Assembly: GCA_013239625.1 (NCBI GenBank)
Contig: MU056050.1
Coordinates: 1,226,084 to 1,290,083, forward strand
DNA from: Lama guanicoe
Lineage: Eukaryota
Reading direction: 5' to 3'
DNA length: 64,000 nt
Below, piece after piece: positions 1 to 13,624 of the stretch (the stretch's first letter is position 1; every line of letters begins with the position of its first letter). The translations under genes and the position numbers were made by a program. Under the pieces are notes generated by a model. It made no database searches and was not told the DNA's origin. It worked only from the letters and a program-made list of their open reading frames with translations.

Positions 1-124
1 TTAGACTCGGTTATATTTATTGTATATTTAATTTTCTCTAACACAATAGTTCATCATACATTGTTTTAACACTTCAGTTTATATTTTCTTTATTCTGGAT
101 GTATGCACTGATTGCTTTTTAAAA

Positions 125-460
125 TGAATGTGCTTTAATTTTTGAGAAGTTTTAGGTTATTAAGAAATTGAGTGGAAAGTACAGAGTTCCCACATACCCT
201 CTGCAAGTCCTCCCCACAATTTTCCCTATTATTAACATCTCGCATAGTGTATTCTATATGTTACAATTGACAAGTCAATACTGATACATTATTATTAACT
301 CAAGTCCTTCAGTTACTTTAGGGTAATTGACAAGTCAATATTGACACATTATTATTAACTCAAGTCCTTTAGTTTAGGGTTTGTTCTTTGTATGTTCTAT
401 GAGTTTTGATAAATGTATGATTCCATGTATCCACCAGTTTATTATCAAATAGAATTGGTT
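125..460 (-). mobile_element. Old LINE-1 3' end (L1MC-like), antisense
   Basis: Resembles the L1MC 3' UTR as recalled (ttttaggtt...aaattgag..ggaaagtacagagttccc...ttgacacattattattaactcaagtcc...atgtatccacca). Boundaries approximate. Confidence 0.7.
265..380. repeat. 60-bp tandem duplication within L1 relic
   Basis: aattgacaagtcaata(c/t)tga(t/c)acattattattaactcaagtcctt...tttagggt at 265-324 and again at 325-380 (a few substitutions and a 4-bp gap). Confidence 0.95.
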
Positions 461-464
461 TTTA

Positions 465-2340
465 AAATTTATTCTTTGTTTTTATTGCAGCAAAACAGTT
501 TATATGAGATATACCCTTTCAACAAATTATTAAGTGTACGATACCATCAACTATAGGCATAATGTTTTACAGTAGGTTTCTGAAACTTGTGTTGCATAAC
601 TGAAACTTCGTAACTGTTGAACATCAACTCTCAGTTTCTCCCTCCCCCAGCTGTTGAGAACAACCATTCTGCTCTCTGTTTCTATGAATCTGACTATTTC
701 AGATACCTTATATAAGTTTAATTATGCAGTATTTATCTTTCTGTGACTGACTTATTTCACTTAGCTTAATGTCCTATATGTATACCATGTTGTTACATAT
801 GGCAGGATTTCCTTCTTTTTAAGAATGAATATTATTCTGTTGTATGTGTATACCACATTTTCTTTATCCATTCATCAATTGATGGGTGTTTAAGTTATTT
901 CCATATCTTGGATATTGTGAATAATGCTACAATGAACATAAAAGTACATATTATCTCTTTGAGATCCTGATTTCAGTTCGTTTGGATATATCTATATAGA
1001 AATGGAATTACTGGACAACATGCATTTTATTTTTAATTTTTAAGGAACCTCCCTACTGTTTTCCATAGTGGCTGCTCCAGTTTACACTCTCACCAGAAGT
1101 GTACAAGGGTTACATTTATTCCACATTCTTGCCAATACTTGTTATCTTTTGTTTTTGATAATAGCCATCCTAGCAGGTGTGAGATGATATCACCTTGTGA
1201 TTTTGATTTACATTTCCCTGATGATTAGTGATGTTGAGCATCATTTCACATAGCTTTTGCTTACTTGTATGTCTTCTTTGAAAAAATGTCTATTCAGGTC
1301 TTCAACCAATTTTTAATCAGGTTATTTGTTTTTGTTATTATTGTGTTGTAGGAGATCCTTACATATTTTAAATAATAATTCCTTATCACATATATCTTTT
1401 GTGAATATTTTATCCTATTCTGTTGGTTGCCTTTCACTCTGTTGATTGTTTCTTTTGCTGTGCAGAAGCTTTTTAGTTTGATGTAGGCCCACTTGTCTAA
1501 TTTTCCTTTTTTTGCTTGTGCTTTTGGTGTCACATCCAAAGGAATCATTAACAAGACAAATGTCACGAAGCTTTCCCCCTATGATTTCTTCTAGGAGTTT
1601 TATAGTTTCAAGTCTTACGTTTTAAATTCTTTCTAATTTGAGTTGATTTGTGTGTATGGTGTAAGTTAAGGGCCCAATTTCATGCTTTTGCGTGTGGATA
1701 TCCAGTTTTCCCAGCCCCATTTGTTGAAGAGACTGTCCTTTTCTCTGTTGTGTATTTTTGGTACCCTTGTAAAAGACCAATGGACTATATATGCATGGGC
1801 TTTTTTCTGGGCTTTCTATTCTGTTCCATTGTTCTATATGTCTGTCTTTATGCCAGTACCATACTGTTTTTAATTGGTATAGCTTTGTAATATATTTTGA
1901 AACCAGGTTGTGTGAGGCCTCCCACATTGTTCTTTCTCAAGATTGCTTTGAATATTTAGGATTACTTCTGATTCCATATGAATTTTAGATTTTTGTTTAT
2001 ACTGATGTAAAAAATGCCATGGCTATTTTGATAGGGATTACATTTAATCAGTAGATCACTTTGGGTAGTATGGATATATTAACAGTATTACAACTTCGAA
2101 CTCATGAATAAAGTATGTCTTTTTATTTGTTTGTGTCTTTTTAAAATTATATTCATCAATGATTTGTAGTTTTTGACATCCAAGTTTTTCACCTCCTTAG
2201 TTAAATTTATTCCTAAGCATTTTATTCTTTCTTTGATACTATTTACTACTATTGTAAATGGGATTGTTTTCTTAATTTGCCTATCAGATATCTCATTGTT
2301 AGTGTTTAGAACCACAATTGATTTTTGTATATTGATTTCT
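465..2340 (-). mobile_element. LINE-1 (L1MA9-like) ORF2 C-terminal part + 3' UTR, degenerate
   Basis: Minus-strand ORFs give L1 ORF2p motifs: [22 protein letters not shown] (1622-1927), [22 protein letters not shown] (1294-1566), IKKTIPFTI...IKCLGINLTKEVKNL (2088-2315). Frameshifted. Confidence 0.92.
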
Positions 2341-5300
2341 GTTTTCTTCCACCCCCATCCCTAACCACTGGCAATCACTAATATGGTCTCCATTTTTACA
2401 ATTTTGTCAATTTAAATTATTTTATAAATTTAAAAATACAGTATGTATACTTTTGCTGTTGGCTTTTTCATTTAGCATAATTCCTTAGAGCATCATCGAA
2501 GGTTTTTAGTTTATCAACAGATGACTATTTTTCATCATTTAGTAGTATTCCATGTTATGGAAATACCAGTGTGTTTAAACACTCACCTGTTGAAAGGTAC
2601 TGGAGATGTATTATGATTTTCACTATTATAAATAAAGCTGCTATAAATATTCATGTACAGGTTTTTATGTGAACTTAAGTTTTTATTTCTATGTGATAAG
2701 TGTCCAAAAGTGCAAGTACTGGGTCATGCAGTAATTATATGTTTAGTTTTATAAGAAACTTATTAACTGTTTTCCAGTGTGACTGTATTATTTTACATTC
2801 CACCAATAATGTATGAATGGTCCAGTTTCTTAACATCCTCAACAGAATTTTCTGTTGTCACTATTTTATATTTTAGCCATTCTGATAAATGTGCAGTAAT
2901 AACACGTGGATTGAATTTTCATCTTCCTAATGGCTAATGATTTCAGCATCTTTTTATGTACCTATTTATCATCTATATATTCTCTTCACTGATGTGTTGA
3001 TTAACATCTTTTGCCTAGTTTGTAATTGGATTGTGAATTTTTTAGTGTTGAATTTTGAATTATCTTTATATATTATGATATTCTTAGTTGGATTTGGGGT
3101 TTTCAAATATTTTTTTCTTTAGCTTGTCCTTTCCTCTCTTTTCATGGACTTTTGCAGAGAAAAAAAAATTTAATTTGGATGAAGTCCAGTTATTTTTCTT
3201 CTATGGTTCATGCATTTGGTATCATTTTTAAGAATTCTTTCTAGCCCTTAATCCTAAAAGGTTTTCTCCTAGGTTTTTTCCCCACAAGACTTACAATTTT
3301 CCATTGCACATATAAGATCATGACCCAAGTTTTAGTCAATTTTTATATAAGGTGTAAGTCGTATTTTGACATTCATTTTTTTCCTTATGGACATTTAGTA
3401 GCTCTAGAACCAGTTGTTGAAAACTATTCTTCATCCCTTGAATTGAGTTTGAACCCTTGTCACTGATCAGTTGAGCATATTGTGTTGGTCTGTTTCTGAT
3501 TTTCATTGATCTATGTGTCTATCACATTTTCTTGATTATTATAGCTGCACATTAAGCCTTAATATTGAAGACTGATTACTCTGACTTTATTTTCTTTATC
3601 AAAATTATTTTAGCTACTCTAAGTCCTTGCCATACATATGAATTTTATAATAAGCATATCAATGTCTTAAAATACTTGCTGGAAGTTTGATAGGTATTGC
3701 ATTAAATTTATAGATGAATTTATGGAGAATTGACCTATGTAATATGTTGGGTCTTCCAAATATGAACATGGTTAAGTCTAATTATTTTTTTAATTTTTTT
3801 AACCAGTGGTTTGTATTTTTCAGCATGTTTTGAAATATGTCCTATATTTTGTTAAGTTTATACCTAAGTGTTTCATTTTCTTTGGAAGATTGTACATGGT
3901 GTTATGTTTTTTATTTTGATTTCTACATATTGATTGTCAGTCTATATAAATTCAATTGATACAAGTGATCTTTAATCCTAGTTCTTGCTGAACTCACTTA
4001 CTCATTCTAGGAATATTTTTGGAAGATTCCTTGGGATTTTATTTGTAGACAGTCACGTCATAGACAAATAGAGACAGTTTTATATTTTTCCTTTTCAATC
4101 TGTATTGCTTTATATTTTTCTTACCTTATTACAGTGAGTAAAACTTTCAGTGCTATTCTGAACCAGGGAGGTAAGAGGGGATTGATCTTTTTTTATCATT
4201 ATGTAAGGTCCCTCTTTGTGTCTAGTAATTTTCTTTGCTCTGAAGTCTGCTTTACAGATAGTAATGTAGGTACTCCTGCCTTCTTAAAAATTAATATTTG
4301 CATGCTATGTATTTTTTCATTCTGTTATTTTTCACCTGCCTCTATTGTTATATTTGAAGTGATTGTCTTGTGAATAGCATGAATTCTGGTCATTTTTATT
4401 GATCTACTCTACCAATCTCTAGCTTTTGATTGATTGATTTAGACCATTTACATTTAAGTGCTTATTAACTCTGTCATTTTATTATTTGTTTTTTCCTCTG
4501 GTTCTTGTATTGTGTTTTTCTTTTCTTGCCCTTCAATGGGTAATTTGAACACTAATTTTAGGATTCCATATTGATATATTTATGGTGTTTTTAATATCTC
4601 TTTGCATAGTTTTTGTAATAATTGCTCTGGGTCTTACAATATGCATATGTAATTTTTCATCATCCACTGGTATCAGCTTTTTGCCACTTCAAGTGAAAGG
4701 TGAATTATTTACTTTCATTCAGATTACTTAACCTTCCCCCCTTAAAAATACCATTTCCTTGAATATTACATATTGTTATAATTTTTTAGTCATCAAATAT
4801 AGTTTATAAGGCTCATAAGCAAAGATATTATATACTCATATTTCTTCTCTTTCTATTGTTTCTTCTTTTTTCCTGATGCTCCAGGTGTTTTTCTTGTATC
4901 ATTACCTTTCTGTTTTAAGAACTTCCTTTAGCCATCTCTCTAACAATAGATCTACTAAACAGAGAGCAGAATGGTGACTACTAAGGACTGGAGGGTGGAG
5001 AAGATGGGTTGATGCTGGTCAAATGTTACAAGCCTTCAGTTATGAGTTGAATAAGTTCTGAAGATTTAATGTACAGCGTGATGACTATAGTTAATAGTAC
5101 TGTGTTGTGTACTTAAGTTTCCTAAAAGAGTAAACATTAAGCATTCTCACCGCACATATAAAAAATAAAAGGTAACTGTGTAAGGTGATGGATGTGTTAA
5201 TTAACAAGATTACAGTAATAATTTGACAAAGCAAATGTATGTGAAATCATTACATTGTATATATTGAATGTACACTATTTTATTTGTCAGATATATGTCA

Positions 5301-5870
5301 GTAAATCTGATAATAAAAAAGGATCTACTAGGACAACTTTTTTTCATTTGATTTCATATGAGGATGTTTCTATAGTCCCTTCATTCTTAAAAGTGGTGGA
5401 CAATTCTTTCAGCACTTGAAATATTTTTTGTAGCTTCCTTCTGGCCTCCATGGTCTCAAATGAGAAATGTGCTGTCACTTGAATTGGTGTTTTCCTACAG
5501 TTTATGTGTTGTTTTTCTCTGGCTACTTTCAAAATTTTTTTCTTTGATTTTAGTTTTCAGAATTTTAATTGCGATATTTTTTGGCAGGAATTTCTTTGGA
5601 TGTGTTCTGTTTGATAATTACTCATCTTTATGAACCTGTAAGTTTTTGTCTGCCATCAAATTTGGGAAGTTTTCAGCTGTTATTTATTTGAATATTCCTT
5701 TAGTTTCACTCTTTTTCTCCTCTCCTGGCACTCTGATGATACAATCTTTTGTTTCATAGATCACTGAGGCTCTATTCCTTTTTTTTTTTTTTTTTAGCAC
5801 TGTCACACCCACCCCATCATTGAGCCTATCCAATATGTTTTTTTTATTTCTGTTATTTGGCCACTCTTTA
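2341..5870 (-). mobile_element. Mosaic of older LINE-1 fragments (L1MD/L1MC-like 3' end, ORF2 and ORF1 pieces)
   Basis: ORF 5344-5532 (KVAREKQHI...TPIQVTAHFSFETMEARR...IFQVLKE) is an L1 ORF1p remnant. The T-rich antisense ORF2/3'UTR texture continues throughout. Interrupted by the insertion at 4958-5321. Confidence 0.75.
4958..5321 (+). mobile_element. 5'-truncated LINE-1 3' end (L1MA9-like) with TSD
   Basis: acagagagcagaatggtg...ataagttctgaagatttaatgtacagc...A-rich tail. Flanked by direct repeat gatctacta (4949-4957 / 5322-5330). Confidence 0.85.
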
Positions 5871-8800
5871 TTTGTAATAACATGTCTTCCCAGAACACTA
5901 GCAAGATAGATAAAATTTTCAAATTGTGAGGTTTTTGCTGTTCTTTTCTAATCATTGAACTTTCTGTTTATGTCTACTTGCTTATTGTGTTGGCTATCAT
6001 TAGACCATCATTATAATGCTTAATAGGAGTCATAATATCTTTAATTTGTTCATGACTTCATTAAAAATTCTTCCAAAGTTTTACCGGAAATATTTTTTTC
6101 AGTTGTTTTTTTTTTTGTAGTTACCCTTAATTCAGGAAGTTTTCCTTTATCTTTTTTTTGCTAGACATTTGATAATGATGGTGCATTGAATTTCAAGTCC
6201 TTTTTCATGTCAGTGAGATGTTAACATTTTTCCTTTAAATCTATTAAAGAAGTGAATTATAGAGATAGATTATCAAATCCATGTGACATTCTAAAATACA
6301 GCTCACTTAGTTTTACTTGATTATTTCAAAACTTTCCTGAAATCAGTTTGCTAATATTTCATTTAGGATTTTTGGCCTTTATACTTACAAATGAGTTTGA
6401 TCAGTAATGGTATATAATGCACTTATTGTGCTAGATCCTTGGCATCCGGATTGTGCTAACCACCTAAAAGTAGGTCATAGTCTTCTCTTATTTCCTAAGT
6501 TCTGGAACGCTGTGCCTAAGGTGAAAGTTTTATGTTCCTTGATGTTTTTGTTTGAATACCTCATAGAAGGACATGAAATGGTAGTGAAAGGTGTACTTTC
6601 AAAGATTTATTTATTTTATAGTTTATTGATCTATTCAGGTTTTCTTATTATTATTTGGAAATTTTGGTATAATTTTATATTTCTAAGTTGTTGTCCACTT
6701 TATGTGTGCAAATGTATTGGCATAAGTACATACACAGTAGTCTTCTGATATAGTAGTCTTCTGATGTTTTTATATTTTACCTTCTCTCTTCCTTTGATTA
6801 TACTTGTCAGTGTTTATATGTTTAATTAGTTTTCTGAAATAACTAAATTTTTGTTCTATGGATAATTTCTACTGCTTTTTTATCTTCTCATTTTGACCTT
6901 TTATATTTATTAATTCATTTAGCAGTTCTTTTTCTAGTTTTGTATTTCAATACCTAATTCATTTCTTTTTAATCTCCCATACTCAGGAACATTACTTTCT
7001 TAAGATTACATTGGCTACAATTCACAGGTAGTGTTTTTATTATCATTTATTTCTATTCTTTTTCCACATTTTTTCTTCAATTTCTCTTTAACCAGAGATA
7101 TTTTAGAACTGTCTTTTTTCTTAATTTCTAAGTTGTATGGAATTTAAAGACTATCTTTTAAAAAATGATTTCTAAATTTGCTGAAATGTGATGTGTGGAC
7201 ATGGTTGGTACAATGTGATTATTTTAATTAGTTAAGACATTCTTCGTCAATTCATGTAAATATTCCAAATATGTTTTCACCCTACCTTCAAATAAAGATT
7301 ATGCTTTTTCCCCAGTATATTGGTTAATTTGGTTATTGAAATCTTCTATAAACTTTCTTATTTGATTTATTGCTTTCTGAGAAAGATCTGTTTGAATTAT
7401 TGCATATTTTGCAAATTCACCTTTGAGACTCAGTCAGTATTTGTCTTACTTTAACAAAAATATGTTGGATATGTAAATTAATGTTCATGACTTTTATATA
7501 TATTGTAGTTGATTTTTCTTTACCAATATCTGATATCTTACTTTGTCCATGTCCCACTTAATGCTTCCTGTAGTGAAACCTATTTTGTCTACACTTGCTT
7601 TTATTGTAACATTTACCTGATATAAAATATTTATTCATTTATTTTCCACTCTTTTTGCCATCTTATGAGGATGCCACTCTTATGAACTTGGGCTTTTAAA
7701 AAGTCTAATTTGAGAATCTCTGTATTGCAATAGATAATTTTAACCAATTAAAATTTATGTAAATACCGGTATAGTTGGCTTTATCTCTACTGTTTTATTT
7801 TGTGTTTTCTCTTTCATTATTTTATTCTATTCCTTTTTTTATGTTGAATGATGAAATTTATCTTTATGTTTGATCTTCCTATTGTTTGGAAACAGAATTC
7901 ATAACTCTAATTCTTCTAGAGTGAATCCACTTAATAGCATACTCTGAGTAAACATCTACAAAGGACTATTAGTCGTCTGCATTTCCTCCCTCCTCCCTTC
8001 AATGTTCCCATTTATTTGTATCAGTTACTCTTTTCCATCTGCCATTTCAGATCTTTCTTCATTTAAAATGTTAAATATCTACTTATTTCCCATATTTCAA
8101 ATCTATTTTGGGAAATAGTTATCTGTGAATTTGTTCTTAATAATCCATCTTCTGGATACTATTATCACCTCTCTTATCATTTTGTTCTCTTTATTGTTTG
8201 CCTTGTTCTTCTGTGCAATCTCAGGAAAATGTGTTAGGCACTGTTCACATAACTAATTTATGGTGTAATAATCATCCTTGCTTGTAATGCTTTTTTGAAA
8301 TATGTTGTAGTATTCATTTTCCTCTACACTTTTTTTTTATTATACTCCCTATCTCCTTCATTGTAATCTTTTACTTCATCAGCATAGGTTTCATCTCCTC
8401 TATGTAATTTCTGTTTGTTTCTTTCTGTGAGCACAGTGCAGATGCTGGCTAAAATTTCCTCTTGTTTTAGCAATCACTTTAACAAAGTGTTCTTCTTTAT
8501 CTCTCTAGCGTTACTTTTATTTCCTTGTATTATTCTGAAAAATCTTTTGGCCAACTTGTTAGTTCTTTCTGTTGCAAATTTGAATGTGGCCTGATATTTG
8601 TCCAAAAGTGTGGGTGGATTCTTCTTAGATTTCCTCATTAGTCTCTAGGAAACTCATAGAATCCTTTGCTAACATCTTTAACTTAAAAGTTGATTAAAAT
8701 AAGTTTCTGTTATTAGTCCGATGATTCAGTATCCTGATGGTAGAGGTAAGATGTTAATGCAATGAGCAGCTCTGGTATAGTAATTTTGTTTTTCTATAGA

Positions 8801-8904
8801 TTTTATTTCAGGAATCAGCTTTCTGCATCTAGTTTTCTCTTTAGCTTGACTTCCATTTCAGATATGTTATAATTCATTGTCCATTTTTATTCCTGGTGCT
8901 ACTG

Positions 8905-9885
8905 CCCACAATACCAGAGAAAACACTGATACATTAAGAAATGGTTTTAAAGACCTCAATAAATGGAGAGATAAACCTTGTTCATGGATTTGAAGACTTA
9001 CTGTTCTGGTGATATTAGCAATTCCTGAATTGATTCACCGAGTCAAATTAATGTCAATCAAAATCCCAGCAAGATCTTTGTTTAGAAATTGAAAACTAAT
9101 TCTGCAATTCATATGTAAATACGAGTAACTTTTACTAGAATAGCCAAAACAGTTCTGAAGAACACTTGATTGCAAGACTCTCCATAAAGCTAAAGTAATC
9201 AAAATAGTGTGTTATTGGCAAACACACACACATTAATGAAACAAACTAGAGAAATCAGAAATAAACCCACACAGATATGGCCATTTGATTTCTGAAAAAG
9301 GTATAAAGGTAGTTAAAAGGAGAAAATATAAACTTTTCAAGAAAATGTGCTGAAACAGTTGGACTTCAGAAGGAAAAAAGGAACTTTGACATATGCCTCA
9401 TACCTTATTCAAAAACCAAAAATTAGCTCAAAATGGATCATAGCCCCAGTTGGACAATGAAAAACTATAAAAGTTTTAGAAGAAAACAGAATAAAATATA
9501 TGACGTTTGGGGTTGGTAATACAATTTTAAGTAGGGCACCGTAACTATATATACAGATACATTGCTGGGTAAAATACAGGAAATCAGTTATATCTGAATT
9601 TCACATAAACAGTGAAATAATATTATAAGTATTTCCTAAGTTTGTTTTTACGTTTACTAAATCTGGTAACCCTAGGGATAGAAAATAGATCAATGATTGC
9701 CAGAATCTGAGGGTGGGGGAGGAATTGAATACAAAGGCTTTATGGGGGAATTTGGGAGATAAAATATTCTATAGCTTGATTATTGTGGTAGTTATACAAT
9801 TGTAAGTGTTTGATAAAGCTGCCATAACTGTACACCAAAATGGGTGAACTTTACTGTATTTAAAGTATACCTTAATAATAAAAAT
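8905..9885 (+). mobile_element. Old LINE-1 (L1ME/L1MB-like) ORF2 3' region and 3' UTR
   Basis: aaagacctcaataaatggagagata...gttcatggatt, aaagctaaagtaatcaaaatagtgtgttattggc and a tail ending gtataccttaataataaaa are typical L1 sense sequence. Confidence 0.75.
9560..9673. mobile_element. MER53-like hAT MITE fragment
   Basis: aaaatacagga..cagtta.at.tgaatttca.ataaaca..gaa and terminal ttactaaatctggtaacccta resemble the MER53 consensus as recalled. Confidence 0.6.
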
Positions 9886-11171
9886 CGAAAGAACTTACAG
9901 TAAAATGGTAATTGTAGAATCCAGTCATACAATGGTTGCCTGTAAAATCTTTTAAACTTTTCTTATTGAAAATTTTCAGAATTAAAAATGAGAGGAGAGG
10001 AGTTGAAGAAACAAAAACAAATAAGCAAAACAGAAAACACAAATACTTCTACCTCTTAGGAAGATGTCCACCATATCAAGAAACAACTATGCTAGGGATA
10101 TACCTTTAAAGGTCTCGGGAGTAGCTGTTTCTGATAAGTTTCTGCAAACCTAAGGAGGTTCCAGGAGCGTATCTTCCAACTTGTAAAATGCCAAACTTCA
10201 TGTCTTAATATTGGGGGTGTTTGTGTTGTTTTTCCAGGATTAACCCAATTCTTGTGATCCCACACTTTTTCCAGAGCTAGAATTTGAATACATGAAATTT
10301 CTTATGTTTTAGTTAGGCCTTCTTTACCTATTTCAAAGAAAAATTTCTTGTAGTTTATGTCATTTGAAGGGCATCTTTGCCCAATTTTCACAGCAGGATT
10401 TTGCATATTTTAGCTAATTTTTGTGTTTCTAGGCAACATAGTAGGGTCAGGTAATGGTTGGGAAATCTCTGTTTATATCATTGTCTTAAGAAAGGAATAA
10501 AAGTCGGGTTGGTACATCTGGGAGAGTAAATTGATACTGCTTTCTTCAATACATGGAGATATTTTTTCCATATTCAAAATCAAAATGTTACTAGTTTGTT
10601 GTCTAGGTACAGGCCTTTTCTCTTTAATTTATCCATAACAAGTTAATATTTTTCTTTCTATTCTTAAGCATTTTCTTTAGGTTCAGAAAATTTTATTCCC
10701 AGTATTTGGCTTTTCCTTTCACATGTTCTTGTCCCCTCTTTGGAGCACCTAAACTTAATAGTCTTGATCTCCATTTTCTGCGCTCATTTGCTCATTTACA
10801 CTTCATTTTGTTTTATCCTCATTTATAATTTTGCAGAATGCAGGGTAAAAGAGATAATATTAGATTTGCCTCTATATTGCATATTTAGGGTTTTTTTTTA
10901 ACTATTGAGACTACATTTTGTATCTCTTTGTATTGTTTTCTATGCTATTTATGTCTTTATTTTTCTGCTTCTCAATTCAGTCTATTTTTTTTTTATTTTC
11001 ATGCACATGTACTTGTGCCTAAAAGCCATGCCTTCTTAAAATCATATTGAGAAGCCAAGCATGGGAAATTTTCAGCACTTTTCCATAGGTCCTTTGTAAA
11101 TATTTTTTATTCTTTTCTTGAAACTACTCACTATCCACTGGGAGAAGGTTGCAAAAAGTAACAGTGAATAA

Positions 11172-12840
11172 GGTTTCTGGTTCAAGATGGTGACATTGGA
11201 ATATCCTGAACTTATCAGCACACACAGACACACCAAACTGACAGGTATAAATGGCATATTTTTGTCTTTAAAGAAAGAAAAGCCCTAAAAACTAGCACAT
11301 ACACATCAGGTAAAGGAGGGAAAAAAACCACAAAACATCAAAACAGGTAGTGGAGGCTGGGGTACAGTCTCACCATGAACCTTACTCCTGGCATGATGAC
11401 CCACAATCAGGAGGCAACTGAAAACCTGGATCTTCTCCCTGGGAAGCAAAGGGTTTGTACTCCACATTGGGCGCCCCAGCTTTCAGGACCTGCATCTGAG
11501 AGGTGAGATCCCCAGACACTTAGCTTTGAAAACCAACAGGCCATGCATCAGCAAGACCCCAAGGGTATAGCAAACTGAGAAACCGCTCTTAAAGGGCTTG
11601 TGTGCTCAGACTTACTGGTCCCAGTGACCAGTGCAGAGGCAACTGATTGAGAGGAACCCAGACTTTATGTGAAAAAGGCTTATTTGGTTATCTTAAAGTA
11701 TCAGCCTGAAAGACAGGCATCTAATTTTAAATCCATCCAGGTGCCTACTAAATTACTCTCTGGAGATGGAGGCTGGCAGGTCCTGTCTTCCCTCTCTCCC
11801 TGTATCACTCCAGCTCACTGGTAACTCCCAGAAAGGAGCCCATGCCCTCTTTTGGTATCCCAAATTCTATGGCTGCCACCCAGGTGACACGTCTAGATTG
11901 CCTGGTTCTAGTGGTCAAGAGGGCTTATGTTCACCGGTCCCACAGGACTGTAACCAACAGAGAAAGAGTTCTTAAAGGGCTACCACCCCAACGCACAGCA
12001 AGAGGCAACAGTCCAGTGAGCCCCATCTTTATGTTGAAAGAAGCCTATTAGATTATCTTTATAGCTGCAGCCTGAGGGGCAGGCTTTTAATAAACACACA
12101 TTTACGGACTGACTGTAATCATTTCCAGAGGCCTAGGAGGGAGGGTGCTGTCTTCATATTCTCCCTCTGCCAGGCTCCAGCACCAGCATCTTTCAGAGGA
12201 GAGCTTTTACATGTATTTGATGCTCTAGTTCTTGTGGCTGCTGCCTAGGGCATGCGCCTGATCACCTGGCTCTGGAGGCCAGGGGCACGTGCATTCCCAC
12301 AGGACTGTAACAATCAGAAAGAGAGTTCTTGGCTGGCTACCACCCTCAGAGCACTGCACAGGGACTGAAACACACCTCAAGTCATTCTGTGAAAGAGGCC
12401 TATTTTTTGATCCTAGAGCTTTGGCCTGAGGGGCAGGCATCTGGTTTGGCACACATCTAATGTCCTACTGAGGTGCTCTCAAAGGATGGAGGCCAGAGGA
12501 CGCCATCTTTGCAGTCTCCCTTTGTCTCACTTCACCTTGCTGGTATCTCCCAGAAAGGAGCTTGGACCCTTATCTGGTGCCCCAATTTTTGTGACTGCTG
12601 CCCAGGGAACACCTCTAGATCTCCTGGCTCTCATAGCCAGTGGGGCTTACACCTGCAGTCCCGTGGGATTGTATATATTTGCATACTTTAAAAACCGCTG
12701 CCTGAGGATCAGGTGTCCAATCAGCCTGATTCTAGGTACTGACTGAGATCCTCCCCTGTGGGACACTGACACGTCTTGGCACACCCTCAATTTTTGGGAA
12801 CCACTAGAAATAAAGCAGGCTACTTGGATAGTCACAATGT
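11172..12840 (+). mobile_element. Ancient LINE-1 5' UTR with ~360-bp tandem monomers
   Basis: Starts with an L1-type 5' end (ggtttctggttcaagatggtg...tcctgaact). GC-richer than the flanks. Motif gcctga(a/g)(a/g)g..caggc recurs at ~11704, ~12070 and ~12424. Confidence 0.75.
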
Positions 12841-12844
12841 TCAC

Positions 12845-13620
12845 TCTTTAGGCTGTCAAGTTTAATGAGCTTTGACATATGCTTAATGTCTTTTATCTAC
12901 CATTCTGGCATTAGAATAGTTTCACTACCCTAAAAAATCTCTTGTGGTTTCCCTATTCAATCCTCCCCCTTTCACCTGAGCTCCTGGCAACCATTGCTCT
13001 TTTTAACTTGTGTTTACTTTGCCTTTTCCAGAATATGATATAATTGCAATTATACAGTATATAGTCTTTTCAGATTGGCTTCTTCCCTTTTAAAAATATT
13101 GAAGTTTTATCCATGTCATTTTATGATTTAATGGGTCATTTTTTTTGTACTGTTGGGTAAGATTCCACTGTAAGGATGTACTACAGTTTGCTTATCCATT
13201 CACCTCTTTTTTAAATTGAAGTATAGTTGATTTACATTGTTGTCTTAGTTTCTGGTGTACAGCACAGTGATTCAGTCATATGTGTGTATATATATACACA
13301 CACACACACATACACACACACATATTCTTTTTCATTATACGCTATTACAAGGTACTGAATGTAGTTCCCTGTGCTATATCATAGGACCTTGTTTATTTAT
13401 TTTATGCATTGTAGTGTGTATCTGCTGATCCCAAACTCCTAGTTTATCCCTACCCTTTGCTTTCCCTTTGGTAACCATAAGTTTTGTTTTCTATGTCTGT
13501 GAATCTATTTCTGTTTTGTAAGTAAGTTCATTTGTGCCATTTTTCTTAGATTTCACACATTCCATTCACCTCTTGAAGGACATTTTGGTTGCTTCCAATT
13601 CTTGGTGATTACAAAAAAGC
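12845..13620 (-). mobile_element. L1MC-like 3' end split by a younger L1 insertion
   Basis: agaatagtttcactaccctaaaaaatc...ttgccttttccagaat...tccattcacctctt|gaaggacattttggttgcttcc. The sequence continues across the 13209-13560 insert. Confidence 0.8.
13209..13560 (-). mobile_element. Young cetartiodactyl-type LINE-1 3' end with 14-bp TSD
   Basis: aattgaagtatagttgatttaca...gtagttccctgtgctata...ctttggtaaccataag. Perfect TSD tccattcacctctt at 13195-13208 and 13561-13574. Contains a (CA)n tract. Confidence 0.92.
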
Positions 13621-13624
13621 CTGT

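Noticed and set aside
6735..6766. Small tandem duplications (agtagtcttctgat x2; also ctacagttca x2 near 28630 and gatccacct x2 near 34915)
   Set aside because: Ordinary micro-duplications inside decayed repeats.
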